Translations under genes and position numbers: made by a program
Part shown: one piece after another, positions 11,534 through 23,287 of the stretch
How the letters are laid out: each line of letters opens with the position of its first letter
Position numbering within the stretch: position 1 is the first letter of the stretch
Assembly (NCBI RefSeq): GCF_032444005.1
Contig: NC_091282.1
Coordinates: forward strand, 740,590,001-740,654,000
Reading direction: 5' to 3'
DNA length: 64,000 nucleotides
DNA from: Ranitomeya imitator
Lineage: Eukaryota
The notes under the pieces: generated by a model
What the model saw: only the letters and a program-made list of their open reading frames with translations
Told to the model about the DNA's origin: nothing
Databases searched by the model: none

Positions 11534-11903
11534 GGCTATGTGCACACGTAGAATGGTCCTCTGCGGATTTTTCCGCAGCGGATTTGATAAATCCGCAGTG
11601 CAAAACCGCTGCCGATTTATCGCGGATTTACCGCGGTTTGTCTGCGGATTTCACTGCGGTTTTACAACTGCGGTTTTCTGTTAGAGCAGCTGTAAAACCG
11701 CTGCGGAATCCGCAGAAAGAAGTGACATGCTGCGGAATGTAAACCGCTGCATTTCCGCACATTTTTTTCCGCAGCATGTGCACAGCGTTTTTTGTTTCCC
11801 ATAGGTTTACATTGTAATGTAAACTCATGGGAAACTGCTGCGGACCCGCAGCTGCGGAAACGCTGCGGGTCCGCAGCGTTTTCCGCAGCGTGTGCACATA
11901 CCC
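11534..11903. mobile_element. Harbinger-type MITE (CCGCAGCGG-rich family)
   Basis: TAA TSD; GGCTATGTGCACACG ... CGTGTGCACATACCC. Confidence 0.9.
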
Positions 11904-13102
11904 TAAAGGTCCACATACTTTGGCAGCTCACGGACATGATATTGGATCATTTTTCTCACTAAAATAAAATAATAAAGTGTAATAATTTTTTAGTTGTTTG
12001 TGTAATTTAGTTCTTTGTCTTGTGTGAAAATCTGATGTAGTTTAAGGTAAAATTTATGCAGAAACATAGAAAATTCTGAAGGGTTCATAAATTTTAATGC
12101 AGCACTCTGTGTGTGCGAGGGTATATAAATACATTAGTGATTGGGACGGGGTATCCTGTAAAAATGTATCTGATATTTTATATTTTTTTGTTTTTAATGT
12201 TCATAGCCTGTTACAAAACATTTCTCCATAAGGAAATGTATGTAGAACTGACAGAATGTATGATTGCTGCCTTTCTACCCCGTATATACAGCATGATTTC
12301 TTGCCATGTTTGCTGGCTTGTGGAATTACTGTAAAGCATAGCACCTTTTTATAGTATTTCAATCTCTTTATGTATTCCACTTGTTCTAACAGGTTTTATA
12401 ATCTAGGGAACCCTTATAGGTACTAATTGAATATTATACACAATAATAAGTATTTATGTACCGTATGTTTTTTTTTTTGTGTGTAGCACCATGCCATCAC
12501 AAGAAGATACAAAACAAGAAACAAGTGCAATTAAAAGAATTGTGGAATTTCTATTGGATACTTTTTTTTAAAGATAGGATGTTATTGCTGTCAATTTTGG
12601 CCGGTTTCATACATCCATGAAACATGGGCATCCGAAAAATTGTTCGACCGCTAGGTCTCCTGATGTGATCTCTGCTCTTTTGGAGGACTCTCTGGTTTAA
12701 CTTTCATAAAATAAAAAATTGAAGACCAAAAATATTTGCAGGACCCTGCTCGGTGGTTTGTGGTGGCTGGCGCAGAGCTGTGCAAGCCACATCGTACCTG
12801 CCGGGATTGTCAGTGCTTCTTTTGATTAGTAGGTTTGGCATAATGTCATGAAGGCATAACGCCAGACTTACAAATCAGAAGAGCCAACTGCCAGCGATTG
12901 TGGCAGTTGAGAGGTGGTCCAAGGGGCCCTGGTCTGCTGACCATGGATTACTGACATAGTCACTGGAGCAGGGTCCTCTGGGGAAAAAAAATTCCTAAAA
13001 ACGAATTAACGTATTTTTCGGACTATAAGACGCACCTAGGTTTTAGAGGAGGAAATTAGGAAAAAAAAACTGTAGCAAAAAATGTGGTCAATTCTGTACT
13101 TA

Positions 13103-13928
13103 GGGTAAGTTCACACAGGACGTTTTTGCTGCGTATTTTTGCTGCGTTTTTTTATGCTAATTTTATGCTTTTTACAGTACCAGCAAAGCCTATGAGATTT
13201 CAGAAATCTCATGCACACACATTGTTTTTTTGTTTGATCAGTATTTTGTGCTTTGCTGCGGTTTTTGACATAGAGCATGTCACTTCTTTCAGTGTTTTTG
13301 CTGCTTTTTTTCACCCATTGACTTGAATGGGTTTTGAAAAAAAGCAGCAAAAACGCAGGTATCATTATTTGCTGCGTTTTTGCTGCTGAAAATCCAAGGA
13401 CATTAGCCTGGACAAAGAAAAAAAACCGTACCAAAAAAGCAGCAAAAAAAGCACCAAAAACACACCTGAGGCTATGTTCACACTTTGCGGATTCCACTGC
13501 GGATTTTTCCACAGCAGAATTCCAAAATCCGCAGTGAAAACCCGTAGCGGTTTTTACTGCGGATTTATCGTGGTTTTTACTGCGGTTTCTTCTGCGGATT
13601 TTCATCTGCAGTTTCCTATTGGAGCAGGTGAAAATCCGCAGAAAAGAAGTGACATGCTGCGGAATGTAATCCGCAGCGTTTCTGCGCGGATTTTTCTGCA
13701 GCATGTGCACAGCGTTTTTTGTTTCCCATAGGTTTACATTGTACTGTAAACTCATGGGAAACTGCTGCGGATCCGCAGCGGTCAAATCCGCTGCGGATCC
13801 GCAGCAAAATCCGCGAAGTGTGAACATAGCCTAAACCTGCGTTTTTGACGCAGCTTCTTTCCTGTCAAAATGATCCGGTTTTGCTGCAGAAAAAAAAATC
13901 TGCAAAAACGCCCTGTGTGAACTTACCC
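13103..13928. mobile_element. Harbinger-type MITE
   Basis: TTA TSD (13100-13102, 13929-13931); TIR GGGTAAGTTCACACAGG / CCTGTGTGAACTTACCC. Confidence 0.9.
13470..13831. mobile_element. Harbinger-type MITE nested in 13103-13928 (same family as 11534-11903)
   Basis: GGCTATGTTCACACTT ... AAGTGTGAACATAGCC; flanks TGA/TAA. Confidence 0.9.
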
Positions 13929-13939
13929 TTAAGATCACC

Positions 13940-14640
13940 TATTCTGGTAAGTATGGTCCCCCCATCCCTATCCTGGTATGCATGGCCCCAACCTTATTCT
14001 GGTATTCATGGCCCCATCCTTATTCTGGTATGATTGGCCCCATCCCAGTCCTGGTATGCATGATCCCATTCTTATTCTGATATGATTGATTGGCCCCATC
14101 CTGTTCCTGGTATGATTGATTTTCCTGTTCCTGGTATGATTGATTGGCCCCATCCCGTTCCTGGTATGATTGATTGGCCCCATACTATTACTGGTATGAT
14201 TGATTTTCCTGTTCCTGGTATGATTGATTGGCCGCATCCTGTTCCTGGTATGATTGATTGGCCCCATCCCGTTCCTGGTATGATTGATTGGCCCCATACT
14301 ATTACTGGTATGATTGATTTTCCTGTTCCTGGTATGATTGATTGGCCGCATCCTGTTCCTGGTATGATTGATTGGCCCCATCCCGTTCCTGGTATGATTG
14401 ATTGGCCCCATCCCGTTCCTGGTATGATTGATTGGCCCCATCCCGTTCCTGGTATGATTGATTGGCCCCATCCTGTTCCTTGGTATAATTGATTTGCCCC
14501 ATCCAGTTCCTGGTATGATAGACTGGCCCCATCCAGTTCCTGGTATGATTGATTGGCCCCATCCAGTTCCTGGTATGATTGATTGGCCCCATCCCCTTGC
14601 TTGTATGATTGGCCTCATCCATGTCCTGGTATCCAAGGTC
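13940..14640. repeat. 30/24 bp minisatellite (GGTATGATTGATTGGCCCCATCCCGTTCCT)
   Basis: Direct tandem units, with a 114 bp higher-order block repeated twice. Confidence 0.95.
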
Positions 14641-15558
14641 CCATCAGAAAAGATAAAAAAAAAAACCTTTACTCTTACCTTCCTCTGCTCCATAGCAGTC
14701 GCAGCGTCCTGCTCCGGTGCCAGCAGCTGATTAATGGTTGTAATCAGCGCATGGCAGGGACATCATGCGCTGCTCACAAGCAGAGCACAGCTGCCAGAAT
14801 ACTCACTGGGTGTTCATCGGAGATCACGGTGAGTATCCACGCCTATTCAGTAGCGCGCACTGTCAGCCGCCTGATTCCTGCACACGGTCACGTGTGCCGA
14901 TACTTATACTTATTCAGAATATTCATTTCTCTTAAGTATTGGCAGGCACACGTGACCGCCGACAGCAGCAGGAAGCTGGTGGCAGACAGTGCGTGCTACT
15001 GAAGAGGAATGGATACTCGCTGCGATCTCCGATGAACACTGGGTGAGTATTCCGGCAGCTGTGCTCTGCTTGTGAGCAGCGCATGATGTCCCTGCCAAGC
15101 ACTGCTTAGAAGCATAAAGCAGCTGCGGGCACTGGAGAAGGACGCTGCGACTGCGAGGGAGCGGAGGAAGGTAAGAGTAAAGGTTTGTTTTTTTAATCTC
15201 TTCTGATGGTGCCATGGATACCAGGAATGGGATGGAGCCAATCAGTCATACAAGGATGCCAGGAATAAATGAATATTCATTGCCCTCCACGCCCATTTGC
15301 GTGGAATGCAGTGCATATTAATTTCTCTTTAGCAGCGGGCACAGGAGTTAGCCGCAGCACGCTCCTGCCTCTGTGACCCGCTGTTCCTCCGATACTGCTC
15401 CCCCACCTCCCCACCAGAGCCAATATATCCGGACAATAAGACGCACCCCCCATTTTCTTCCACATTTTGGGAGGAAAGAAGTGCGTATAATAGTCTGAAA
15501 AATACGGTAAGTCTCCATATACCACATTATTTTCCATGAGCTCTAACACTTTGCTGAT

Positions 15559-15606
<48 letters not shown>
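15559..15606. repeat. (TA)n microsatellite
   Basis: Direct reading. Confidence 0.98.
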
Positions 15607-15609
<3 letters not shown>

Positions 15610-17255
15610 TTAGGGCCAGAAATATTTGGACAGTGACACAATTTTCGCGAGTTGGGCTCTGCATGCCACCACATTGGATTTGAAATGAAACCTCTACAAC
15701 AGAATTCAAGTGCAGATTGTAACGTTTAATTTGAAGGGTTGAACAAAAATATCTGATAGAAAATGTAGGAATTGTACACATTTCTTTACAAACACTCCAC
15801 ATTTTAGGAGGTCAAAAGTAATTGGACAAATAAACATAACCCAAACAAAATATTTTTATTTTCAATATTTTGTTGCAAATCCTTTGGAGGCAATCACTGC
15901 CTTAAGTCTGGAACCCATGGACATCACCAAACGCTGGGTTTTCTCCTTCTTAATGCTTTGCCAGGCCTTTACAGCCGCAGCCTTCAGGTCTTGCTTGTTT
16001 GTGGGTCTTTCCGTCTTAAGTCTGGATTTGAGCAAGTGAAATGCATGCTCAATTGGGTTTAGGTCTGGAGATTGACTTGGCCATTGCAGAATGTTCCACT
16101 TTTTGGCACTCATGAACTCCTGGGTAGCTTTGGCTGTATGCTTGGGGTCATTTTCCATCTGTACTATGAAGCGCCGTCCAATCAACTTTGCAGCATTTGG
16201 CTGAATCTGGGCTGAAAGTATATCCCGGTACACTTCAGAATTCATCCGGCTACTCTTGTCTGCTCTAATGTCATCAATAAACACAAGTGACCCAGTGCCA
16301 TTGAAAGCCATGCATGCCCATGCCATCACGTTGCCTCCACCATGTTTTACAGAGGATGTGGTGTGCCTTGGATCATGTGCCGTTCCCTTTCTTCAAACTT
16401 TTTTCTTCCCATCATTCTGGTACAGGTTGATCTTTGTCTCATCTGTCCATAGAATACTTTTCCAGAACTGAGCTGGCTTCTTGAGGTGTTTTTCTGCAAA
16501 TTTAACTCTGGCCTGTCTATTTTTGGTATTGATGAATGGTTTGCATCTAAATGTGAACCCTTTGTATTTACTGTCATGGAGTCTTCTCTTTACTGTTGAC
16601 TTAGAGACAGATACACCTACTTCACTGAGAGTGTTCTGGACTTCAGTTGATGTTGTGAACGGGTTCTTCTTCACCAAATTAAGTATGCGGCGATCATCCA
16701 CCACTGTTGTCATCCGTGGACGCCCAGGCCTTTTTGAGTTCCCAAGCTCACCAGTCAATTCCTTTTTTCTCAGAATGTACCCAACTGTTGATTTTGCTAC
16801 TCCAAGCATGTCTGCTATCTCTCTGATGGATTTTTTCTTTTTTTTCAGCCTCAGGATGTTCTGCTTCACCTCAATTGAGAGTTCCTTTGACCGCATGTTG
16901 TCTGCTCACAGCAACAGCTTCCAAATGCAAAACCACACACCTGGAATCCACCCCTGACCTTTTAACTACTTCATTGATTACAGGTTAACGAGGGAGACGC
17001 CTTCAGAGTTAATTGCAGCCCTTAGAGTCCATTGTCCAATTACTTTTGGTCCCTTGAAAAAGAGGACGCTATGCATTACAGAGCTATGATTCCTAAACCC
17101 TTTCTCCGATTTGGATGTGGAAACTATCATATTGCAGCTGGGAGTGTGCTCTTTCAGCCCATATTATATATATAATTGTATTTCTGAACATGTTTTTGTA
17201 AACAGCTAAAATAACAAAACTTGTGTCACTGTCCAAATATTTCTAGCCCTAACTG
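15607..17255 (-). mobile_element. Tc1 transposon A, full length, transposase inactivated
   Basis: TA TSD; TIR CAGTTAGGGCCAGAAATATTTGGACAGTGACACAA at both ends. Confidence 0.95.
15862..16896 (-). pseudogene. Tc1 transposase A pseudogene
   Basis: HTH-GRPR-WTDETK in 16393-16896, a stop/frameshift near 16390, then a C-terminal half whose second catalytic Asp is changed to Glu (QMENDPKH), followed by SPDLNPIE. Confidence 0.95.
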
Positions 17256-18265
17256 TATATACAGTTATATGAAAAAGTTTGGGCACCCCTATTAATCTTA
17301 AGCTTAATGTTTTATAAAAATTGTTTTTTTTTGCAACAGCTATTTCAGTTTCATAGATCTAATAACTGTTGGACACAGTAATGTTTCTGCCTTGAAATGA
17401 GGTTTATTGTACTAACAGAAAATGTGCAATCTGCATTCAAACAAAATTTGACAGGTGCATAAGTATGGGCACCCCACCAGAAAAGTGACATTAATATTTA
17501 GTAGATCCTCCTTTTGCAAAAATAACAGCCTCTAGTCGCTTCCTGTAGCTTTTAATGAGATCCTGGATCCTGGATGAAGGTATTTTTGACCATTCCTCTT
17601 TACAAAACAATTCCAATTCAGTTAAGTTTGATGGTCGCCGAGCATGTACAGCTCTCTTCAAATGATCCCACAGATGTTCAATGATATTGAGTTCTGGGTA
17701 CTGGGATGGCCATTCCAGAACAGTGTAATTGTTCCTCTGCATGAATGCCTGAGTAGATTTGGAGCGGTGTTTTGGATCATTGTCTGGCTGAAAGATCCAT
17801 CCCCTTCGTAACTTCAACTTTTTCATGAACATTATTGTCAAGAATCTGCTTATACTGAGAGGAATCCATGCATCCCTCAACTTTAACAAGATTCCCGGTG
17901 CCGGCATTGGCCACACAGCCCCAAAGCATGATGGAACCTCCACCAAATTTTACTGTGGGTAGCAAGTGTTTTTCTTAGAATGCTGTGTTTTTTGTCCGCC
18001 ATGCATAACGCCTTTTTGTATGACCAAACAACTCAATCTTGGTTTCATCAGTCCATAGGACCTTCTTCCAAAAATAAATTGGCTTCTCCAAATGTGCTTC
18101 TGCATGCCTCAGCCGACTCTGTTTGTGGCGTGCTTGCAGAAACTGCTTCTTTCGCATCACTCTCAAAAAAACAGCTTCTCCTTGTGCAAAGTGCGTTTTA
18201 TAGTTGACCGATGCTCAGTGACACCATCTGCAGCAAGTTGATGCTGCAGCTCTCTGGAGGTGGTC

Positions 18266-19014
18266 TGTTGTGGATTCTGTTTTTGGGCTCCCTCTGGTGG
18301 TTACAGATGGTACTGGGTGACTTGTGTTCTCTGCGGTCTCTGGTGTCCACCTGTTCTATCAGGATATGGGAGTTTCCTATTTAACCTGGCTTTCTTGTCA
18401 TTTCCTCGCCGGCGATCAATGTAATCAGTGTGTCTTGTTGCCTCTGCTTTCCGCTTCGGTGATCTTCAGGACTAGCTAAGTTTTTGATTTTCCTGTTCCA
18501 CGTTTTGCTTTATTTTTGTTTTAGTCCAGCTTGCAGTTATGTGATTCCTTGTTGCTGGTTGCTCTAGTGGGCTGATATTACTCCTCATGTTCCATGAGTT
18601 GGCACATGAGTTCAGGTAATTTCAGGATGGTTTTTTGTAGGGTTTTTCGCTGACCGCGCAGTTCACTTTTGTATCCTCTGCTATCTAGTTTTAGCGGGCC
18701 TCATTTTGCTGAATCTGTTTTCATTACTACGTATGTGCTTTCCTCTCATTTCACCGTCATTACATGTGGGGGGCTGCTATTTCTGTGGGGTGTTTCTCTG
18801 GAGGCAAGAGAGGTCTTTGTTTCTTCTAATAGGGGAAGCTAGTCCTTCGGCTGGCGCGAGACGTCTAGAATCATCGTAGGCACGTTCCCCGGCTACTGCT
18901 AGTGTTGTGAATTAGGTTCAGGATCGCGGTCAGCTCAGTTTCCATCACCCTAGAGCTTGTTCTGTTTTTTGTGTGCTTGTCCTTTTGTGATCCCCTGCCA
19001 TTGGGATCATGACA
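18266..19014 (+). repeat. 5' LTR of chromovirus 1
   Basis: TGTTGTGGATTC...ATCATGACA; TATA-like TATTTAA at 18378-18384. Confidence 0.95.
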
Positions 19015-19168
19015 GTATCGCCGGCCCGAAAAGTGGTAATCATATTGGCTGAAGTAGGAGGAAAAGTAGTCTGAGGAAGTTTTTTTTTTTTTTTTTTCCC
19101 TTCCCTCAGAGTTTGCTGTGTCTTACCTCCTCTTAATCCTTGAATGGCTCTGACCTCAGCTGTTTATC

Positions 19169-22100
19169 ATGGACGTCCAGAGTTTGGCTTCCAGCCTGAA
19201 TAATCTTGCTGCTAAGGTTCAAAATATACAAGATTTTGTTGTACATGCTCCTATGTCTGAACCTAGAATTCCTATCCCAGAGTTTTTTTCTGGAGATAGA
19301 TCTAGTTTTCTGAATTTTAGGAACAATTGCAAGTTGTTTCTTTCTTTGAAATCTCGCTCCTCTGGAGACCCTGCTCAGCAAGTCAAGATTGTAATATCTT
19401 TCCTGCGGGGTGACCCTCAGAATTGGGCATTTGCATTGGCACCAGGGGATCCTGCGTTGCTCAATGTGGATGCGTTTTTTCTGGCATTGGGTTTGCTCTA
19501 TGAGGAACCTAACCTAGAGATTCAGGCTGAAAAAGCTTTATTGGCTCTCTCTCAGGGGCAAGATGAAGCAGAATTATATTGTCAGAAATTTCGGAAATGG
19601 TCGGTGCTTACTCAGTGGAATGAGTGCGCCCTGGCTGCAAGATTCAGAGATGGCCTTTCTGAGGCCATTAAAGATGTTATGGTGGGGTTCCCTGCACCTA
19701 CAGGTCTGAATGAGTTTATGACTATGGCTATTCAGATTGATCGGCGTTTACGGGAGCGCAAACCTGTGCACCATTTGGCGGTGTCTTCTGAACAGGCACC
19801 TGAGACAACGCAATGTGATAGAATTCAGTCCAGAAGTGAACGGCAAAACTATAGGCGGAAAAATGGGTTGTGTTTTTATTGTGGTGATTCAGCTCATGTT
19901 ATATCAGCATGCTCTAAACGCACAAAAAAGGTTGATAAGTCTGTTGCCATTAGTACTTTACAGTCTAAGTTCATTCTGTCTGTGACTCTGATTTGTTCAT
20001 TATCAGCCATTTCCGTCGATGCCTATGTGGATTCAGGCGCTGTCCTGAGTCTTATGGATTGGTCATTTGCCAACCGCTGTGGGTTTAGTCTGGAGCCTCT
20101 GGAAGTCCCTATTCCTTTGAAAGGAATTGACTCTACGCCTTTGGCTATGAATAAACCTCAGTACTGGACACACGTGACCATGCGTATGACTCCCGTTCAT
20201 CAGGAGGTGATTCGCTTCCTGGTACTGTATAATTTACATGATGTCTTAGTGCTTGGTCTGCCATGGTTACAAACTCATAACCCAGTCTTGGACTGGAAAA
20301 CGATGTCTGTGTTAAGCTGGGGATGTCAGGGGGTTCATGATGATGCACCTCCGATTTCTATCGCTTCATCTACTCCTTTTGAGGTTCCTGTATTTTTGTC
20401 TGATTATCGGGATGTTTTTGAGGAGCCTAAGCTCAATTCGCTTCCTCCTCACAGGGATTGCGATTGTGCTATAGATTTGATTCCTGGCAGTAAATTTCCT
20501 AAAGGTCGTTTGCTCAATCTGTCAGTGCCAGAGCATACTGCTATGCGGGATTATGTTAAGGAGTCCTTGGAAAAGGGACATATCTGTCCATCTTCGTCTC
20601 CTTTGGGAGCAGGTTTTTTTTTCGTGGCCAAAAAAGATGGTTCCTTGAGGCCTTGTATAGATTACCGTCTTTTGAATAAGATTACGGTCAAATATCAGTA
20701 TCCTTTGCCATTGTTGACTGATTTGTTCGCTCGCATTAAGGGGGCTAAATGGTTCACTAAGATTGATCTTCGGTGTGCGTATAATCTTGTGCGGATTAAG
20801 CAGGGTGATGAGTGGAAAACCGCATTTAATACGCCTGAGGGCCATTTTGAGTATTTGGTGATGCCTTTTGGACTTTCTAATGCTCCTTCTGTCTTCCAGT
20901 CCTTTATGCACGATATTTTCCGTGAATATCTGGATAAATTTATGATTGTGTATTTGGATGATGTTTTGGTTTTTTCTGATGACTGGGAGTCCCATGTTCA
21001 GCAGGTCAGGAAGGTGTTTCAGGTCCTGCGGGCCAATTCTTTGTTTGTAAAAGGTTCAAAGTGTCTCTTTGGAGTCCAGAAGATTTCTTTTTGGGGGTAT
21101 ATTTTTTCCCCTTCTACTATTGAGATGGATCCCGTCAAGGTTCAAGCTATTTGTGACTGGACGCAGCCTACATCTCTTAAGAGTCTACAGAAGTTCTTGG
21201 GCTTTGCTAATTTTTATCGTCGTTTCATAACTAATTTTTCTAGTGTTGTTAAGCCTTTGACGGATCTGACTAAGAAGGGTGCTGATGTTGCTGATTGGTC
21301 TCCTGCGGCTGTGGAGGCCTTTCAGGAACTTAAGCGCCGGTTTTCTTCTGCTCCTGTGTTGCGTCAGCCAGATGTTTCGCTTCCTTTTCAGGTTGAGGTT
21401 GATGCTTCTGAGATTGGAGCGGGGGCGGTTTTGTCACAGAGAAGCTCCGATTGCTCGGTGATGAAGCCATGTGCATTCTTTTCTAGAAAGTTTTCGCCCA
21501 CTGAGCGGAATTATGATGTTGGTAATCGGGAGCTTTTGGCCATGAAGTGGGCATTTGAGGAGTGGCGTCATTGGCTTGAGGGTGCTAGACATCGTGTGGT
21601 GGTCTTGACTGATCACAAAAATCTGATTTACCTTGAGTCTGCCAAGCGTCTGAATCCTAGACAGGCTCGTTGGTCACTGTTTTTCTCCCGTTTCGATTTT
21701 GTGGTTTCATACCTGCCAGGTTCAAAGAATGTGAAGGCGGATGCTCTTTCTAGGAGTATTGTGCCTGATTCCCCTGGAAATTCTGAGCCCACTGGTATCC
21801 TTAGGGATGGGGTGATTTTGTCGGCTGTCTTCCCAGACTTGCGACGTGCTTTGCAGGAGTTTCAGGCGGATAAACCTGATCGTTGTCCGCCTGAAAGACT
21901 GTTTGTTCCGGATAATTGGACCAGTAGAGTCATCTCCGAGGTCCATTCTTCTGCGTTGGCAGGTCATCCTGGAATATTTGGTACTAGAGACTTGGTGGCC
22001 AGGTCTTTTTGGTGGCCTTCCTTGTCGAGGGATGTGCGTTCTTTTGTGCAGTCTTGTGAAGTTTGCGCTCGGGCTAAGCCTTGTTGTTCTCGGGCCAGTG

Positions 22101-23287
22101 GATTGTTGTCACCTTTGCCTATCCCGAAGAGGCCTTGGACGCACATTTCCATGTACTTTATTTCGGATCTCCCTGTCTCTCAAAAAATGTCCGTCATCTG
22201 GGTTGTGTGTGACCGCTTTTCTAAGATGGTTCATCTGGTACCCTTGCCTAAGTTACCTTCCTCCTCTGAGTTGGTCCCTCTGTTTTTTCAGAACGTGGTT
22301 CGTTTGCATGGGATTCCGGAGAACATTGTTTCTGACAGGGGATCCCAGTTTGTGTCTAGATTTTGGCGGACGTTCTGTGCTAAGATGGGCATTGATTTGT
22401 CCTTTTCGTCTGCATTCCATCCTCAGACGAATGGCCAGACGGAACGAACTAATCAGACCTTGGAAACTTATTTAAGGTGTTTTGTTTCTGCTGATCAAGA
22501 TGACTGGGTTACCTTTTTGCCGCTTGCCGAATTTGCCCTTAATAATCGGGCTAGTTCTGCTATCTTGGTTTCTCCTTTCTTTTGTAATTCGGGGTTTCAT
22601 CCTCGTTTTTCCTCTGGTCAGGTGGAGCCTTCTGATTGTCCTGGAGTGGACATGATGGTGGATAGGTTGCATCAGATTTGGAGTCATGTGGTGGACAATT
22701 TGAAGTTGTCCCAGGAGAGGGCTCAGCAGTTTGCTAATCGCCGTCGCCGCGTGGGTCCTCGACTTCGTGTTGGGGACTTGGTGTGGTTGTCTTCTCGTTT
22801 TGTTCCTATGAAGGTCTCTTCTCCTAAGTTCAAGCCTCGGTTCATCGGTCCCTATAGGATCTTGGAAATTCTTAACCCTGTGTCGTTTCGTTTGGATCTC
22901 CCGGCATCGTTTGCTATTCATAATGTGTTCCATCGGTCGTTGTTGCGGAAGTATGAGGTACCTGTTGTTCCTTCGCTTGAGCCTCCTGCTCCGGTGCTGG
23001 TGGAGGGAGAATTGGAGTATGTTGTGGAGAAGATCTTGGATTCTCGTGTTTCCAGACGGAAACTTCAGTATTTGGTCAAGTGGAAGGGTTATGGTCAGGA
23101 GGATAATTCTTGGGTGGTTGCCTCTGATGTTCATGCTGCTGATTTGGTCCGTGCATTTCATAGGGCTCATCCTGGTCGCCCTGGTGGTTCTCGTGAGGGT
23201 TCGGTGACCCCTCCTCAAGGGGGGGGGGGTACTGTTGTGGATTCTGTTTTTGGGCTCCCTCTGGTGGTTACAGATGGTACTGGGTGA
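19169..23287 (+). CDS. Gag-Pol polyprotein (1372 aa, single ORF) with chromodomain
   Basis: CCHC knuckle CFYCGDSAHVISAC, protease VDSGA, RT YLDD, RNase H, integrase HHCC core, chromodomain (EYVVEKILD...YLVKWKGY...NSW). The first integrase catalytic Asp is mutated (ISMYFI). The stop lies inside the 3' LTR. Confidence 0.95.
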   Translation: MDVQSLASSLNNLAAKVQNIQDFVVHAPMSEPRIPIPEFFSGDRSSFLNFRNNCKLFLSLKSRSSGDPAQQVKIVISFLRGDPQNWAFALAPGDPALLNVDAFFLALGLLYEEPNLEIQAEKALLALSQGQDEAELYCQKFRKWSVLTQWNECALAARFRDGLSEAIKDVMVGFPAPTGLNEFMTMAIQIDRRLRERKPVHHLAVSSEQAPETTQCDRIQSRSERQNYRRKNGLCFYCGDSAHVISACSKRTKKVDKSVAISTLQSKFILSVTLICSLSAISVDAYVDSGAVLSLMDWSFANRCGFSLEPLEVPIPLKGIDSTPLAMNKPQYWTHVTMRMTPVHQEVIRFLVLYNLHDVLVLGLPWLQTHNPVLDWKTMSVLSWGCQGVHDDAPPISIASSTPFEVPVFLSDYRDVFEEPKLNSLPPHRDCDCAIDLIPGSKFPKGRLLNLSVPEHTAMRDYVKESLEKGHICPSSSPLGAGFFFVAKKDGSLRPCIDYRLLNKITVKYQYPLPLLTDLFARIKGAKWFTKIDLRCAYNLVRIKQGDEWKTAFNTPEGHFEYLVMPFGLSNAPSVFQSFMHDIFREYLDKFMIVYLDDVLVFSDDWESHVQQVRKVFQVLRANSLFVKGSKCLFGVQKISFWGYIFSPSTIEMDPVKVQAICDWTQPTSLKSLQKFLGFANFYRRFITNFSSVVKPLTDLTKKGADVADWSPAAVEAFQELKRRFSSAPVLRQPDVSLPFQVEVDASEIGAGAVLSQRSSDCSVMKPCAFFSRKFSPTERNYDVGNRELLAMKWAFEEWRHWLEGARHRVVVLTDHKNLIYLESAKRLNPRQARWSLFFSRFDFVVSYLPGSKNVKADALSRSIVPDSPGNSEPTGILRDGVILSAVFPDLRRALQEFQADKPDRCPPERLFVPDNWTSRVISEVHSSALAGHPGIFGTRDLVARSFWWPSLSRDVRSFVQSCEVCARAKPCCSRASGLLSPLPIPKRPWTHISMYFISDLPVSQKMSVIWVVCDRFSKMVHLVPLPKLPSSSELVPLFFQNVVRLHGIPENIVSDRGSQFVSRFWRTFCAKMGIDLSFSSAFHPQTNGQTERTNQTLETYLRCFVSADQDDWVTFLPLAEFALNNRASSAILVSPFFCNSGFHPRFSSGQVEPSDCPGVDMMVDRLHQIWSHVVDNLKLSQERAQQFANRRRRVGPRLRVGDLVWLSSRFVPMKVSSPKFKPRFIGPYRILEILNPVSFRLDLPASFAIHNVFHRSLLRKYEVPVVPSLEPPAPVLVEGELEYVVEKILDSRVSRRKLQYLVKWKGYGQEDNSWVVASDVHAADLVRAFHRAHPGRPGGSREGSVTPPQGGGGTVVDSVFGLPLVVTDGTG

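Larger units (their letters stand above)
13009..15507. mobile_element. Non-autonomous Tc1/mariner (Tc2/pogo-like) element with cargo
   Basis: TA|(A/C)CGTATTTTTCGGACTATAAGACGCAC ... GTGCGTATAATAGTCTGAAAAATACGG|TA. Contains MITEs, a minisatellite and an internal ~260 bp inverted repeat. Confidence 0.75.

Noticed and set aside
13111-14693. 238 aa, 241 aa and MIDWPHPVPG-repeat ORFs
   Set aside because: Read through nested MITEs and a 30 bp minisatellite. Frames stay open because unit lengths are multiples of 3.
19015-19035. tRNA primer binding site
   Set aside because: Does not begin with TGG, and I recognised no tRNA 3' complement. Self-complementarity to the LTR fits better.
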